Assembly (NCBI GenBank): GCA_963732905.1
Contig: CAVTBM010000001.1
Coordinates: 712,649-776,648 of the forward strand
DNA from: an uncultured Bacteroidales bacterium
GTDB taxonomy: Bacteria; Bacteroidota; Bacteroidia; Bacteroidales; GCA-2748055
DNA: 64,000 nt
Direction: 5' to 3'
Position 1 is the first letter of the stretch. Each line of letters begins with the position of its first letter. The translations under genes and the position numbers were made by a program. Below, piece after piece: positions 9,288 to 19,061 of this stretch. Below the pieces are notes generated by a model, which was given only the letters and a program-made list of their open reading frames with translations, searched no databases and had not been told where the DNA came from.

Positions 9288-9986
9288 CATTTGTGCATTC
9301 GTGGCTGACACATCTCATACGTGCATTCGTGGCTCCCACAACCCATTCGTGCATTCGTGGCTTCCACAATTCATTCGTGCATTCGTGGCACCCACAATTC
9401 ATTCGTGCATTCGTGGCTTCCACAACCCATTCGTGCATTCGTGGCACCCACAATTCATTCGTGCATTCGTGGCTTCCACAACCCATTCGTGCATTCGTGG
9501 CTTCCACAATCCATTCGTGCTTATGGCTCCCACAATTCATTCGTGCATTCGTGGCTTCCACAATTCATTCGTGCATTCGTGGCTTCCACAACCCATTCGT
9601 GCATTCGTGGCTGCCACAATCTCATTCGTGCATTCGTGGCACCCACAATTCATTAGTGCATTCGTGGCTTCCACAATTCATTCGTGCATTCGTGGCACCC
9701 ACAATTCATTCGTGCATTCGTGGCTCCCACAATTCATTCGTGCACTTCGTGGCTTCCACATCCATTCGTGCATTCGTGGCTCCCACAATCATTAGTGCAT
9801 TCGTGGCTTCCACAATTCATTCGTGCATTCGTGGCTTCCACAATTCATTCGTGCATTCGTGGCTTCCACAACCCATTCGTGCATTCGTGGCTTCCACAAC
9901 TCATTCGTGCATTCGTGGCTTCCACAATTCATTCGTGCATTCGTGGCACCCATAATTCATTCGTGCATTCGTGGCTCACACACCCT
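9288..9986. repeat. Head-to-tail array of 25 copies of a 28-bp unit, CATTCGTGCATTCGTGGCTTCCACAATT (minisatellite).
   Basis: I counted the units by hand. Most are exactly 28 bp (single units of 26, 27 and 29 bp occur) and there are no spacers. Variation is concentrated at GC[T/A][T/C/G]CC and ACAA[T/C][T/C]. Each unit holds an internal CATTCGTG duplication and a GTGG-NNN-CCAC mini-hairpin. Confidence 0.95.
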
Positions 9987-10055
9987 ATTCGTGTATCAGG
10001 CTCAGCTTAATTTTGTTTTTAGTGGAGTTAATTTCCTCACGTTATTTATTATACG

Positions 10056-10063
10056 TACTTTTG
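10056..10063 (+). promoter_or_regulatory. Candidate -7 box (TACTTTTG) for the DEAD-box helicase gene.
   Basis: It matches TAnnTTTG 23 nt upstream of the ATG at 10086. A second match, TAATTTTG, lies at 10008-10015. Both are downstream of the 28-bp array. Confidence 0.35.
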
Positions 10064-10085
10064 CAGCTCATTTTTACACATATAT

Positions 10086-11783
10086 ATGTTAACATTTAAT
10101 GCATTGGGTTTGTCGCCCAATCTGCTGAAGGCCATTGAAGATCTTGAATTCACAATACCTACACCAGTACAGGAACAGATTATTCCTGTTGTTTTGGAAA
10201 CAAAAAGCGACATCATCGGTCTTGCTCAGACCGGAACAGGTAAAACAGCCGCATTCGGCTTACCATTAATTGAGCAGATAAATATTCAGAATAAGTCGGT
10301 ACAGGTTTTAATCCTGTCACCCACGCGTGAATTATGTATCCAGATCTCCCGGGACCTGCAGACATACACAAAATATACGGCAGGTTTGGTGGTCGTCCCG
10401 GTTTACGGGGGAGCAAGCATTGACGGTCAGATTTCATCACTCAGGAGGGGAGCTCATATTATTGTGGCCACTCCCGGCAGGATGCTTGATCTGATCAACA
10501 GGAAGGTGGCCAATATTTCGGGCATCAAAACCGTAGTCCTCGATGAGGCCGACGAAATGCTGAACATGGGTTTCCGCGAGGAACTGGACAGCATTCTTGA
10601 AAAAACCCCGGCAACAAAACGAACACTCTTATTCTCTGCCACCATGTCGTCCGACGTGGCGCGTATTGCCGGTAACTATCTCAGCAACCCGGTAAAAATA
10701 ACCATCGGGAAACAAAATGCAGGTGCTGAAAATATCCGCCATATCTGGTACCAGGTGCATGCCGGTGACCGCTATCTGGCCTTAAAACGTATTGCGGATA
10801 TCAATCCGGATATCTATGGAATCGTGTTTTGCCGTACCAGGATGGAAACAAAGGAAGTGGCCGATAAGCTGATCAAGGACGGCTACAATGCCGATGCCCT
10901 TCACGGAGACCTGTCCCAGTCTCAGCGCGACCATGTCATGAAAAGGTTCAGGGAACGGTCCCTTCAGATGCTTGTGGCTACCGACGTTGCTGCCAGGGGG
11001 ATTGACGTGGACGACATTTCGCATGTGATTAACTATAATCTCCCCGAAGATAATGAGATTTATACCCACCGCAGTGGACGTACCGGCAGGGCCAATAAGT
11101 CTGGAACCGCGATCTCTATTGTCAATTACAGGGAGAAAAACCGCATACCCCAGATCGAAAAAATGATCAACAAGACCTGCGAAAAGATGCCGTTGCCCAC
11201 CGGCGAGGAGATCTGCAGGAAACAGCTTTTTAGCCTCATAGGAAAAATGGAAAATGTGGAAGTGGACGAAAAACAAATAGCCCCTTTCATGGAGACTGTA
11301 AATAAAAAACTGGAATGGCTCAGTAAGGAACAGGTTATCAAACATTTTGTATCATTGGAATTCAACCGTTTCCTTGCTTATTACAAAAATGCTCCCGACC
11401 TGAACGCAAAGGTCAACGACAAGCAGGAGATTCAGGGACGGAGGAATGAGGGCGGCCGTCGTGAAAAAAGCCGTGAAAAAAGCCGTGAAAACAGAAGTTC
11501 CGCAGGGTACAGCCGGTTTTTCATTAATGTGGGAAAGAAAGATGGCGTTGAGCCAAGAAATATTATCGGGATGATCAACGATAATACACGTGACAGGGAT
11601 ATCAACATCGGTGCTATCGACATAAAAGACAGTTTCTCATTTTTTGAAGTAGGGGAGAAATATATCGGTACCATCATGAGTTCCTTCAGTAACAGCAAAT
11701 ACAGGGGGAGGAGTGTCCGTGTTGAAATGGTCGGTGAAAACCCGCAGAAGGAAAATAAGAAAAGATCTAATAAACGACGGTGA
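10086..11783 (+). CDS. deaD: DEAD-box ATP-dependent RNA helicase with a DbpA-type C-terminal RNA-binding domain and a basic tail.
   Basis: Q-motif region, AQTGTGKT (motif I), DEAD, SAT and HRSGRTGR are all present. The C-terminal segment YSRFFINVGKKDGVEPRNIIGMI is DbpA-like. Confidence 0.95.
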   Translation: MLTFNALGLSPNLLKAIEDLEFTIPTPVQEQIIPVVLETKSDIIGLAQTGTGKTAAFGLPLIEQINIQNKSVQVLILSPTRELCIQISRDLQTYTKYTAGLVVVPVYGGASIDGQISSLRRGAHIIVATPGRMLDLINRKVANISGIKTVVLDEADEMLNMGFREELDSILEKTPATKRTLLFSATMSSDVARIAGNYLSNPVKITIGKQNAGAENIRHIWYQVHAGDRYLALKRIADINPDIYGIVFCRTRMETKEVADKLIKDGYNADALHGDLSQSQRDHVMKRFRERSLQMLVATDVAARGIDVDDISHVINYNLPEDNEIYTHRSGRTGRANKSGTAISIVNYREKNRIPQIEKMINKTCEKMPLPTGEEICRKQLFSLIGKMENVEVDEKQIAPFMETVNKKLEWLSKEQVIKHFVSLEFNRFLAYYKNAPDLNAKVNDKQEIQGRRNEGGRREKSREKSRENRSSAGYSRFFINVGKKDGVEPRNIIGMINDNTRDRDINIGAIDIKDSFSFFEVGEKYIGTIMSSFSNSKYRGRSVRVEMVGENPQKENKKRSNKRR

Positions 11784-11864
11784 CCCTTCCACCGGAAATT
11801 TAGGTGCAGGACGAACCATCTGTAAAAATGGCATCATTGAGTCATTTAGTCAGATGTGGTCGTC

Positions 11865-14165
11865 CTATTTTTTCGGGCCTACACTGAAATTGAACGTGCC
11901 GTAGCATGATTTGCCCTTTGCGTCTAATCCTTCAACAACCACTTCGTAATCTGTATCCTCATCACCGGTAAAGAAGGAAAGATTAACCTTTCCGTCGGGT
12001 CCGGTACTGACACCGGTTGTCCAAAGCAGTACATTCCGGAAATCGGGTTTATCAAAACTGTCCCGGCCATCTGAATAATCCGGTGAAGCAAACTCAAAAA
12101 GGTGATCTGCAAAATGTGTTTTTTTCCTGGTATAGGAGCCTGAGAAATCAACATCAGAGAAATCATTGTTCTTTGTACGGATCACAATGATGCCGTCGAA
12201 TACTTCTGCGCCAAGGAAATATTGTTTCTGTACCACACTGATCTCACGGATCAGAACCGGAGGGATCTTCATCACTACCGAAGGATCGAAAAGCGGAACG
12301 CCGTCAACCATATACAGTGGATGATCCCCAATGGTGCGGTTGGTGTATTTATCAATAACCTTGAGATAGGCTTCCTTGTTTTTATGCAGGACCATTACCG
12401 GAGGAACAATTTCAAAAAACACTTCTTCAAGCAGAGGAAGTTCCACAAAGTCTTTCATCTGTATGGAGAAATCAGGCTTACCAAAAAAATCATATCTTCC
12501 GATGCAACTGTTTATGATCTGGAAATCCTTTATATGGTAAAGCCGTCTTATCTGCCAGGCGTAGAACAGACTGTTGAGTGTCCGGGAAAATGTTGTATCA
12601 ATATCATCGGGGTAATGACTGAGACGGGCATTGCCGGGAAAATAATTATCATCGATGGTGAAATAGGCATCCTGGAGGGTGTCGTTCGATTTAACAACAA
12701 TATCACGATCCCCCTGAAGATCATGAACAGGGAAGCTGAAACGTCCTTTGCTATCTGTAATACGCGGATATAATATAGTGCTGTCGCCCACAACCGACAG
12801 ATATACCATTGTCCCGGTAAGAGGTTCTCCATTCTTTACCAGCTTCCCGTTAACGGTAATCCCTGATTGATCCGGTTTGTAATCCATCTCCGGGAGAATG
12901 TCCTTTTCGGTGAACATCTCTTTGCCGTAGATGGCGAGAAAAGCGGAAGCCTCATATGGGTTGTCGAGATCCCAGTCTGCGGCCAGGGCTTTAAATTTCT
13001 CAGGTATTACCAGAAAACCGGGCAGGGAATATTGATTAAAAAGGGATCCCGCCTTTTTGCGCACACACACGGTAAGAATGGCATTTACAGGGTTTCCGGA
13101 AGCATCTCCTGTCTGAATGGCGAGCATCGCTTTTTCCCTGTTGCCGTAAGTTTTTTTATCTGTAACCGCATTCACTTTGATTTGTCCGCCAGGCCTGACG
13201 TAGACATAATTTTCAGCAATATTTCTCCCGTTTTCATCGGTAAGTTTAAACCTGCTGAAGCCGGATTCCAGCGTTGAGGTCTGAATCCTCATGGGTGAGA
13301 TGAATGGTTTCCGGGGACCTGTACCGCGAAGATCCCTGACGTTCGTGATCTCAAGATAAAGCGGGGACGATTTTACAATAGAATCACTGGATTCAAGACT
13401 TACCTGAACTTGATCAAAGGACGATTCAACTTTTAGCAGTGATCCGCGACTGCGGTTAATTTCTACGGGTGCCCAGCGGTCAAAACCGGGAATGCTAAGA
13501 AAATATTTAGATGTTCCGGGCAGAAAGTCAAACCATGCAAGGTCATTCCTGACAAAATGGATAGTCGAGAGGGTATCGTAATACTGGTCGACAACCCATC
13601 CTTTCCGGTTGAAAGGGGCGAGCGGGTGCCTGAATTCAATATAGACCCGGTTATACAGGTTCTGATATACCGAGTCACCTTCGGGATACAGGCTGATTTC
13701 ACCAATATCACCTTTGTTATCATCATCCTTTGCCGGGTAGTTGAACTGTCCTCCCTGTACCGGATTTAAAAGCAGCAGTTTCTTATAAAAGAAGGATTCA
13801 GCACCAAAATTTTTCATGTAATTAGTATAGGCTCTCAACACGTAAAATCCGGAAGAAATAAAGGAAGGCACGGTAAGGTTGCCGTTTCCCTTGCCGTCTT
13901 TTAGAAAAACCATGGTTTGGGCAACGGGTTCATTGAGGGTATTGAGGAGTTCGAGGTAAACGACTTTGGATCTGGTACTCATATCGTTCCGACCATCGAG
14001 GCATATGGGGCTGAACCAGATATCCTCCCCGGCGAAATATATATTGCGGTCAGTGGTGACATAAACGGATTCAAAGTTTTCACCGGCTGGTTGCTGACCG
14101 TAAAGGACGAAAAAGGAGGTGGTAAAGGCCAGTAGAAGAAAAGTTATGGATTGACGTTTTTTCAT
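11865..14165 (-). CDS. Secreted multidomain protein: MG2-like (alpha-2-macroglobulin-type) N-terminus, CarboxypepD_reg-like domain and a TonB-plug-like segment, with no beta-barrel.
   Basis: Signal peptide MKKRQSITFLLLAFTTSFFVLYGQ. VYVTTDRNIYFAGEDIWFS is MG2-like. PLYMVDGVPLFDPSVVMKIPPVLIREISVVQKQY...GIIVIRTK resembles the plug motif of TonB-dependent receptors. Confidence 0.6.
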   Translation of the reverse strand: MKKRQSITFLLLAFTTSFFVLYGQQPAGENFESVYVTTDRNIYFAGEDIWFSPICLDGRNDMSTRSKVVYLELLNTLNEPVAQTMVFLKDGKGNGNLTVPSFISSGFYVLRAYTNYMKNFGAESFFYKKLLLLNPVQGGQFNYPAKDDDNKGDIGEISLYPEGDSVYQNLYNRVYIEFRHPLAPFNRKGWVVDQYYDTLSTIHFVRNDLAWFDFLPGTSKYFLSIPGFDRWAPVEINRSRGSLLKVESSFDQVQVSLESSDSIVKSSPLYLEITNVRDLRGTGPRKPFISPMRIQTSTLESGFSRFKLTDENGRNIAENYVYVRPGGQIKVNAVTDKKTYGNREKAMLAIQTGDASGNPVNAILTVCVRKKAGSLFNQYSLPGFLVIPEKFKALAADWDLDNPYEASAFLAIYGKEMFTEKDILPEMDYKPDQSGITVNGKLVKNGEPLTGTMVYLSVVGDSTILYPRITDSKGRFSFPVHDLQGDRDIVVKSNDTLQDAYFTIDDNYFPGNARLSHYPDDIDTTFSRTLNSLFYAWQIRRLYHIKDFQIINSCIGRYDFFGKPDFSIQMKDFVELPLLEEVFFEIVPPVMVLHKNKEAYLKVIDKYTNRTIGDHPLYMVDGVPLFDPSVVMKIPPVLIREISVVQKQYFLGAEVFDGIIVIRTKNNDFSDVDFSGSYTRKKTHFADHLFEFASPDYSDGRDSFDKPDFRNVLLWTTGVSTGPDGKVNLSFFTGDEDTDYEVVVEGLDAKGKSCYGTFNFSVGPKK

Positions 14166-14184
14166 GGTTCTGATAGACGGATAA

Positions 14185-16944
14185 TTAGAATCGGAAGTTA
14201 TATGAAATGGTCAGGATAGGCTCGGCAAATATAGACATCTTATACCCCTGGGTAACATTCTCCTTACTTATAAAATAGACGGAATAAATATTGTTCCGAC
14301 CGGTAATATTATACACCGAGAGACTCCAGAAACTGTGAGCAAACTGGTCGACCCTCAGATTCCCGTCGAGGTTCAGGGACATATCCCATCTGAAATAGTC
14401 GTCAACCCGGTATTCGTTCCGCATTGAATAGTTAAGGAAGGTCCCGTTCCGGAACCGGTAACGGGCAACCGGATAGGTTATAGGCCGCCCGGTAGAATAG
14501 ACCACATCGGTCGAGATACTGAACCTCCTTGAGAACCTGTAATTACCAACAATAGCCAATGAATGCGGCTTGTCGTAGATTGCCGGGAACCATTGGTTGT
14601 TATTGATTTTCTCTTCAGTAAAAGAACCACCCGATTTCTCGAAAATCCGGGAGTAGGTATAACTCAGCCATCCATTCAGTTTCCCCATGCTCTTTCTAAG
14701 CATTACTTCAATGCCATAAGCCTTGCCTCTCGTATCGATGATCTCGGTTTCAACGTGTTCGTTCATCAGCAGTGTTGCCGCAACCTTATAATCTTTCAGT
14801 CCCTGCAGTTTTTTGTAGTACATCTCCACTGAAGTCTCATATATCCCCCCTTTGAAATTACGGTAAAGGCCGAGAGAAACCTGGTCTGCGATCTGTGGTG
14901 TGATATTATTGTCGCTGAGTTTCCATGTATCAGTGGGCGATACACTGAACGTGTTAGACATGATATGAATATACTGTTTCATTCTCGAATAGCCTAGTTT
15001 TACGGATAGCTGATTCGAGAGCAGGTACCGTGCTGAAACACGGGGTTCCAGTCCGGAATAACTTTTTATGGATTTGAAACCGGAGTAGGTAAGGGTATCC
15101 TGCAGGGTAGAAAGGTCATACGGCAAGCCTTTCCTGTACCGGAAGACGGTACGGGGCCCGAGGTAATTATACAGGCTGAACCGTAATCCTCCGTTAACAG
15201 TAAGCCGGTTGTTCACCTTGTATTCGTCACTGACATATACCGAGTTCAACAGAGCATGTTCGCTTTCAATGGTCTTTTTCTGAATGATGGACTCACTGCC
15301 CAGAGCACTAAGGCTGCCGGGCATCAGGTCATAATAAACATTACTGATCCCGAAGGTAAGCATGTGGTTGTTTGTCCAGAAATAGGTGAAATCGGATCTC
15401 TGCTCATAATAATTGATATAGTAATTCATATCGTATGCTCCTGACGGATTAGCCTTATCTCCCAGAGTAAACTTGTAATTACTGTATATCAGGTTGTTGG
15501 ACATGTGAAGTTGCGGATTGAACCGGTGTTTCCATTCCAGGTTCATGATGCGGTTTCCATAATAATAGGTCGTATCCCTGTTGTTCTTGAAAAAATAGTC
15601 GTCACTGTAATAACTCGAAAAACTGACGCTGTTGTCTTTATTCAGGTCATAGTCGAGCTTAACATTAAAATCGTTGAATGAGGCCTCACTCTTTTGAATG
15701 GAGGGATTATTGATACGTTTCAGGATCCAGTTGGAATAGGTCGTTCTGCCGGATACAAGAAAAGAGAGTTTTTCCTTAATGATGGGGCCCTCAAGTTCAA
15801 AGTTACCCGTCAACGGACTTATCCCACCGCTTCCTGTGAATGTTGTTTTATTCCCGTCCTTAACGGTCAGGTCCAGCACCGAGGACAGACGTCCGCCCAT
15901 TTTAGCCGGCACCACGCTTTTATATAATTCAAAATCACGGATAATATCGGCATTGAACGCTGAGAAAAAGCCCATCAGGTGAGCAGGGTTGAACACCGGG
16001 GCCTTATCGATCAGAATCAGGTTCTGGTCGGCATTCCCGCCCCTGACATTGAAACCGGTTGTGCCTTCACCAACTGACTGAACACCGGGAAGGAGCAGGG
16101 AGACTTTCAGAACATCGGTTTCGCCGATTTTAGGAATCCTCGACATCACCTTCGTATCTATTCTGTTCAGCCCCATTGAAGTGCTTTCAATGTTATGGTA
16201 TTTTTGTGCGGTAACTTCCACGGCTTTAAGTTCCGTGATTTTTTCATCCATCAGGATGTTCAGCTCACCGTCGGAGTATAGGTTTACCGTAAGATTGACA
16301 TCTTTCTTGCCTATGCACCGGACAATTACCCGGTGTGATCCTTTCGTAAGTTTGATAAAATAATTTCCGGAAGCATTTGAAACTGTTCCGGTACCTGTAT
16401 CCTCGGCATAGACTGTCGCTCCGATAACCGGCTCACGGGTGTTGCGGTCCATGATCTGCCCGGACAGAATAGCCTGAGCGACCCGCCTGGAATTCGATTT
16501 TGATCCGATATCCACTACCATGTTGTTTTCCCGGGAACCTGCTTCATTGGCCTTTTCTTTTTCCGGTGCAGTCTGGTTTGCCTGTTGAGCGACTGTCATC
16601 GGTTTATTTTCAAAATAATGGGACGGGAATTTTGAAGACAGTAATCCTCCGTTGCTCAGGATGATATCTCCGTTTTCCATGACATTGAAAAATAGTGATT
16701 TACCATTTAATGTTGCTTTCAGGACATCAGAAAGACCAGGCTTTCCGGCGGGGATCTGAACGGTCAGACCGTTAACCCATTCCGGGAGAAAGTAGATATG
16801 AATACCCTGATGCACGCTGAGGCTGTCAGCAAAATCACTGAAGGGAATACCCGCCAGATCCTCCGGAATACTGGTATTTGTCACCTGCGCAGACAGAGTT
16901 GCAGATAAAAGTAGTGAGAACGAAAAAAAGATGATTCGTTTCAT
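14185..16944 (-). CDS. TonB-dependent outer-membrane receptor with N-terminal STN-like extension, CarboxypepD_reg domain, plug and barrel.
   Basis: Signal peptide. GQIMDRNTREPVIGATVYAED..SGNYFI is CarboxypepD_reg-like. Plug motif: DVLKVSLLLPGVQS...GFNVRGGNADQNLILIDKAPV. The barrel ends in the terminal aromatic YNFRF. Confidence 0.9.
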   Translation of the reverse strand: MKRIIFFSFSLLLSATLSAQVTNTSIPEDLAGIPFSDFADSLSVHQGIHIYFLPEWVNGLTVQIPAGKPGLSDVLKATLNGKSLFFNVMENGDIILSNGGLLSSKFPSHYFENKPMTVAQQANQTAPEKEKANEAGSRENNMVVDIGSKSNSRRVAQAILSGQIMDRNTREPVIGATVYAEDTGTGTVSNASGNYFIKLTKGSHRVIVRCIGKKDVNLTVNLYSDGELNILMDEKITELKAVEVTAQKYHNIESTSMGLNRIDTKVMSRIPKIGETDVLKVSLLLPGVQSVGEGTTGFNVRGGNADQNLILIDKAPVFNPAHLMGFFSAFNADIIRDFELYKSVVPAKMGGRLSSVLDLTVKDGNKTTFTGSGGISPLTGNFELEGPIIKEKLSFLVSGRTTYSNWILKRINNPSIQKSEASFNDFNVKLDYDLNKDNSVSFSSYYSDDYFFKNNRDTTYYYGNRIMNLEWKHRFNPQLHMSNNLIYSNYKFTLGDKANPSGAYDMNYYINYYEQRSDFTYFWTNNHMLTFGISNVYYDLMPGSLSALGSESIIQKKTIESEHALLNSVYVSDEYKVNNRLTVNGGLRFSLYNYLGPRTVFRYRKGLPYDLSTLQDTLTYSGFKSIKSYSGLEPRVSARYLLSNQLSVKLGYSRMKQYIHIMSNTFSVSPTDTWKLSDNNITPQIADQVSLGLYRNFKGGIYETSVEMYYKKLQGLKDYKVAATLLMNEHVETEIIDTRGKAYGIEVMLRKSMGKLNGWLSYTYSRIFEKSGGSFTEEKINNNQWFPAIYDKPHSLAIVGNYRFSRRFSISTDVVYSTGRPITYPVARYRFRNGTFLNYSMRNEYRVDDYFRWDMSLNLDGNLRVDQFAHSFWSLSVYNITGRNNIYSVYFISKENVTQGYKMSIFAEPILTISYNFRF

Positions 16945-16948
16945 AAGG

Positions 16949-17659
16949 TTAGTCTGTCAGTTGGTCAATATATTTGATCAAATCTTTAAGGCGGTTATCA
17001 TCGGAGCGATCAATATAGATCTGTTTCTCTCTTATATATTTCCGGATAGCCTGTTTCTGATCCGGGAATAATTTTAGCAGCGATGAATTTCGCCGGAGTT
17101 TGTAAAGGTTGTTATCCCTGATAAGAAACAGGGTTCTTACCAGATCAAATTTGCCGCCACCCATCTTATCCTCATCCGACATCAGTTTTTGCCATTTGGC
17201 GACTAATTTTAATCTGCCATCGAAAATCAGCTCATAATACCCGGTGTACGTATGGCTACAATCGGCGGTGAGGTTATCCAGGTTAATAAAGGTGTAGGCA
17301 TTCAGGGTGAAGGACATCACCTCCTGAGAATTCAGAACCACAGGAAAAGTCCCGTCCTTTCTGTACAAAGGCATGATCAGGGCATCCTGGTAAATATCAT
17401 ATTTCACGAGGACATTCCGGAAACTTTCATATTTAGTACTTACCGTACTTTTCACCCAGTTCTGATCACCAAAATAGGGATAACCGTTCTGAACCGACTG
17501 GTACTGATAAAGCCAGCCACTGACCAGGGCATCCAGTGAATCCGGGGCAGAAGAGGGATACCTTACCTGATTTTCAATCCTGGCGGCATGTTCAGTATAC
17601 CCCGACGCATGTACCGGAAGCAAAGTAAGCACTGACATGAACATAGATAGAATAGACAT
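16949..17659 (-). CDS. Secreted protein of unknown function in the receptor operon.
   Basis: The ORF track gives 16949-17713. I prefer the ATG at 17659, which yields the signal peptide MSILSMFMSVLTLLPVHA. No family recognised. Confidence 0.5.
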   Translation of the reverse strand: MSILSMFMSVLTLLPVHASGYTEHAARIENQVRYPSSAPDSLDALVSGWLYQYQSVQNGYPYFGDQNWVKSTVSTKYESFRNVLVKYDIYQDALIMPLYRKDGTFPVVLNSQEVMSFTLNAYTFINLDNLTADCSHTYTGYYELIFDGRLKLVAKWQKLMSDEDKMGGGKFDLVRTLFLIRDNNLYKLRRNSSLLKLFPDQKQAIRKYIREKQIYIDRSDDNRLKDLIKYIDQLTD

Positions 17660-17705
17660 TTTGCAATATGTTATATTAGAGTTCTCAGGTCGGAAACGTG
17701 AGCAC

Positions 17706-18917
17706 TCATTCATGCTCCTTATAATTGACTAATTCAATTTCACCGTTTAGTTTTCCTTCCGCCATGGTACTTCCGGATGTTGGCGCATCAATCCAGAAAG
17801 CGGGTTTTGTTTTTGTGCCCACAACCGAACAATCATAACATTTTGGAAGATTTACCAGAAACGCAAGTGTATCATTCAGGAAAGAATCGTAATAGTTGAA
17901 AAGAAACCACCAACTGTGAATAAGTTCCGGGGTATTACGGTAAATCGAGTCAAGCACCTCCATAGACTGGCAATCGCCAAATCCTGTAACGATATATCCA
18001 AGCCTCTTCACATCACTTCTGTCAATAAAGATCCGTTTGGTTTTTACCTCGGAAGCTTCGAAAATACCCAGCACAGGGTAATCCGGATTCCCTGCCTTCC
18101 TGATGTTACCGACGAGTTCACCCGGAATGGGATCGAAAAAACCGCCCGAGCCTTCATTGATCTTCCTGATTTTGTCGAGGTAAATATAGTTATCCCTGGT
18201 GAGGGCTGATTGCTTAATCTCGACACTATATCTTACTGCCAGCTTATTCTGGCTGGATGCCACAAAGAAAAGGTTCTCCTTTTTTACTTCATTTCTCACG
18301 AGATTCTCAGTGGTCCCGATGTGGATACCGTTGGAACGTTGATTCTGCCAGCAGCTCTTCTGTTCCTCCGGATAAGGATAGGGTGGCCTGATCTCCCACG
18401 TTTCATTCCATTCCCATTTATAATACCGGGAATACGAACTGCCTGCATCATCACTGTTGATATATACATTGACACCGTTCTGACTTGAGCCCTGAGCGTG
18501 CGGGTCGTTAATGTCAATCGAGTAATAAACACTGTCGACGGGCACAGCCTTCAGCATCTCCTGGTAGTCGGATTCAAATTCCATCCCGTCACTGGTGACG
18601 ATATGAAGCATGTACTTATTTCCAGTAATGGGAATCAGATCGGGACCAGACTGATAATTCCCGTCTGATACTTCGTCCAGCGGAAAATCGGTTCCGGTTT
18701 CATCTGAAATGATCACAACCGCATTGGTTTCAGGAGGGCTCACATTTGAATTATAGGGAAAACTACGGCTTAATTTTACCGTTGCGGCCGGACTTTCATT
18801 GGTGAGAAAAGCATCTACGACCAGCAAATTGTCATATTTTCTGATGTCAGGATTAAAAGGCTCAATACAAGCCTGAAGGCTGATCAGAACGATCAGCGCT
18901 TTCGTCAAAGCTCTCAT
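17706..18917 (-). CDS. DUF4249-family lipoprotein.
   Basis: Lipobox MRALTKALIVLISLQAC (the ORF could extend to 18953). LLVVDAFLTNE..., KYMLHIVTSDGMEFES, YYKWEWNETWE, and the C-terminal GGFFDPIPGELVGNI...VLGIFEASEVKTKRIFI match the DUF4249 pattern that usually accompanies CarboxypepD_reg-type TonB receptors. Confidence 0.75.
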   Translation of the reverse strand: MRALTKALIVLISLQACIEPFNPDIRKYDNLLVVDAFLTNESPAATVKLSRSFPYNSNVSPPETNAVVIISDETGTDFPLDEVSDGNYQSGPDLIPITGNKYMLHIVTSDGMEFESDYQEMLKAVPVDSVYYSIDINDPHAQGSSQNGVNVYINSDDAGSSYSRYYKWEWNETWEIRPPYPYPEEQKSCWQNQRSNGIHIGTTENLVRNEVKKENLFFVASSQNKLAVRYSVEIKQSALTRDNYIYLDKIRKINEGSGGFFDPIPGELVGNIRKAGNPDYPVLGIFEASEVKTKRIFIDRSDVKRLGYIVTGFGDCQSMEVLDSIYRNTPELIHSWWFLFNYYDSFLNDTLAFLVNLPKCYDCSVVGTKTKPAFWIDAPTSGSTMAEGKLNGEIELVNYKEHE

Positions 18918-19061
18918 CTGAGAAAGGTGGTCTGTTAATTGGTTATAAAACATGTAAAATTATTAAAATATTTTATAAACCAATCACTGTTAGCAGATAA
19001 TTGCATTGGGGACAGGTACGCGTATTCACAATATCAGTTTCTCCGAAGGATCTTCAAAGCC

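Noticed and set aside
9288-9986. Possible CRISPR array, since the 28-bp repeat length is in the CRISPR range.
   Set aside because: The units are directly adjacent with no spacers, no cas genes are in the window, and there is no leader-like asymmetry. It is a minisatellite, not a CRISPR array.
9010-10092. Five overlapping plus-strand ORFs (and one minus-strand ORF) encoding HSCIRGFHNSFVHSWLPQFIRAFVAST-type repeats.
   Set aside because: They exist in all three forward frames only because the 28-nt unit lacks stop codons. The peptide period of 28 aa is just 3 x 28 nt. There is no start context, and Cys/His/Trp-rich low-complexity output is typical of translated repeats.
11455-11490. 12-nt tandem repeat CGTGAAAAAAGC x2.5 inside the helicase gene (REKSREKSREN).
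   Set aside because: It is in-frame, short, and lies in the naturally low-complexity basic linker of DEAD-box helicases. It is not a separate feature.
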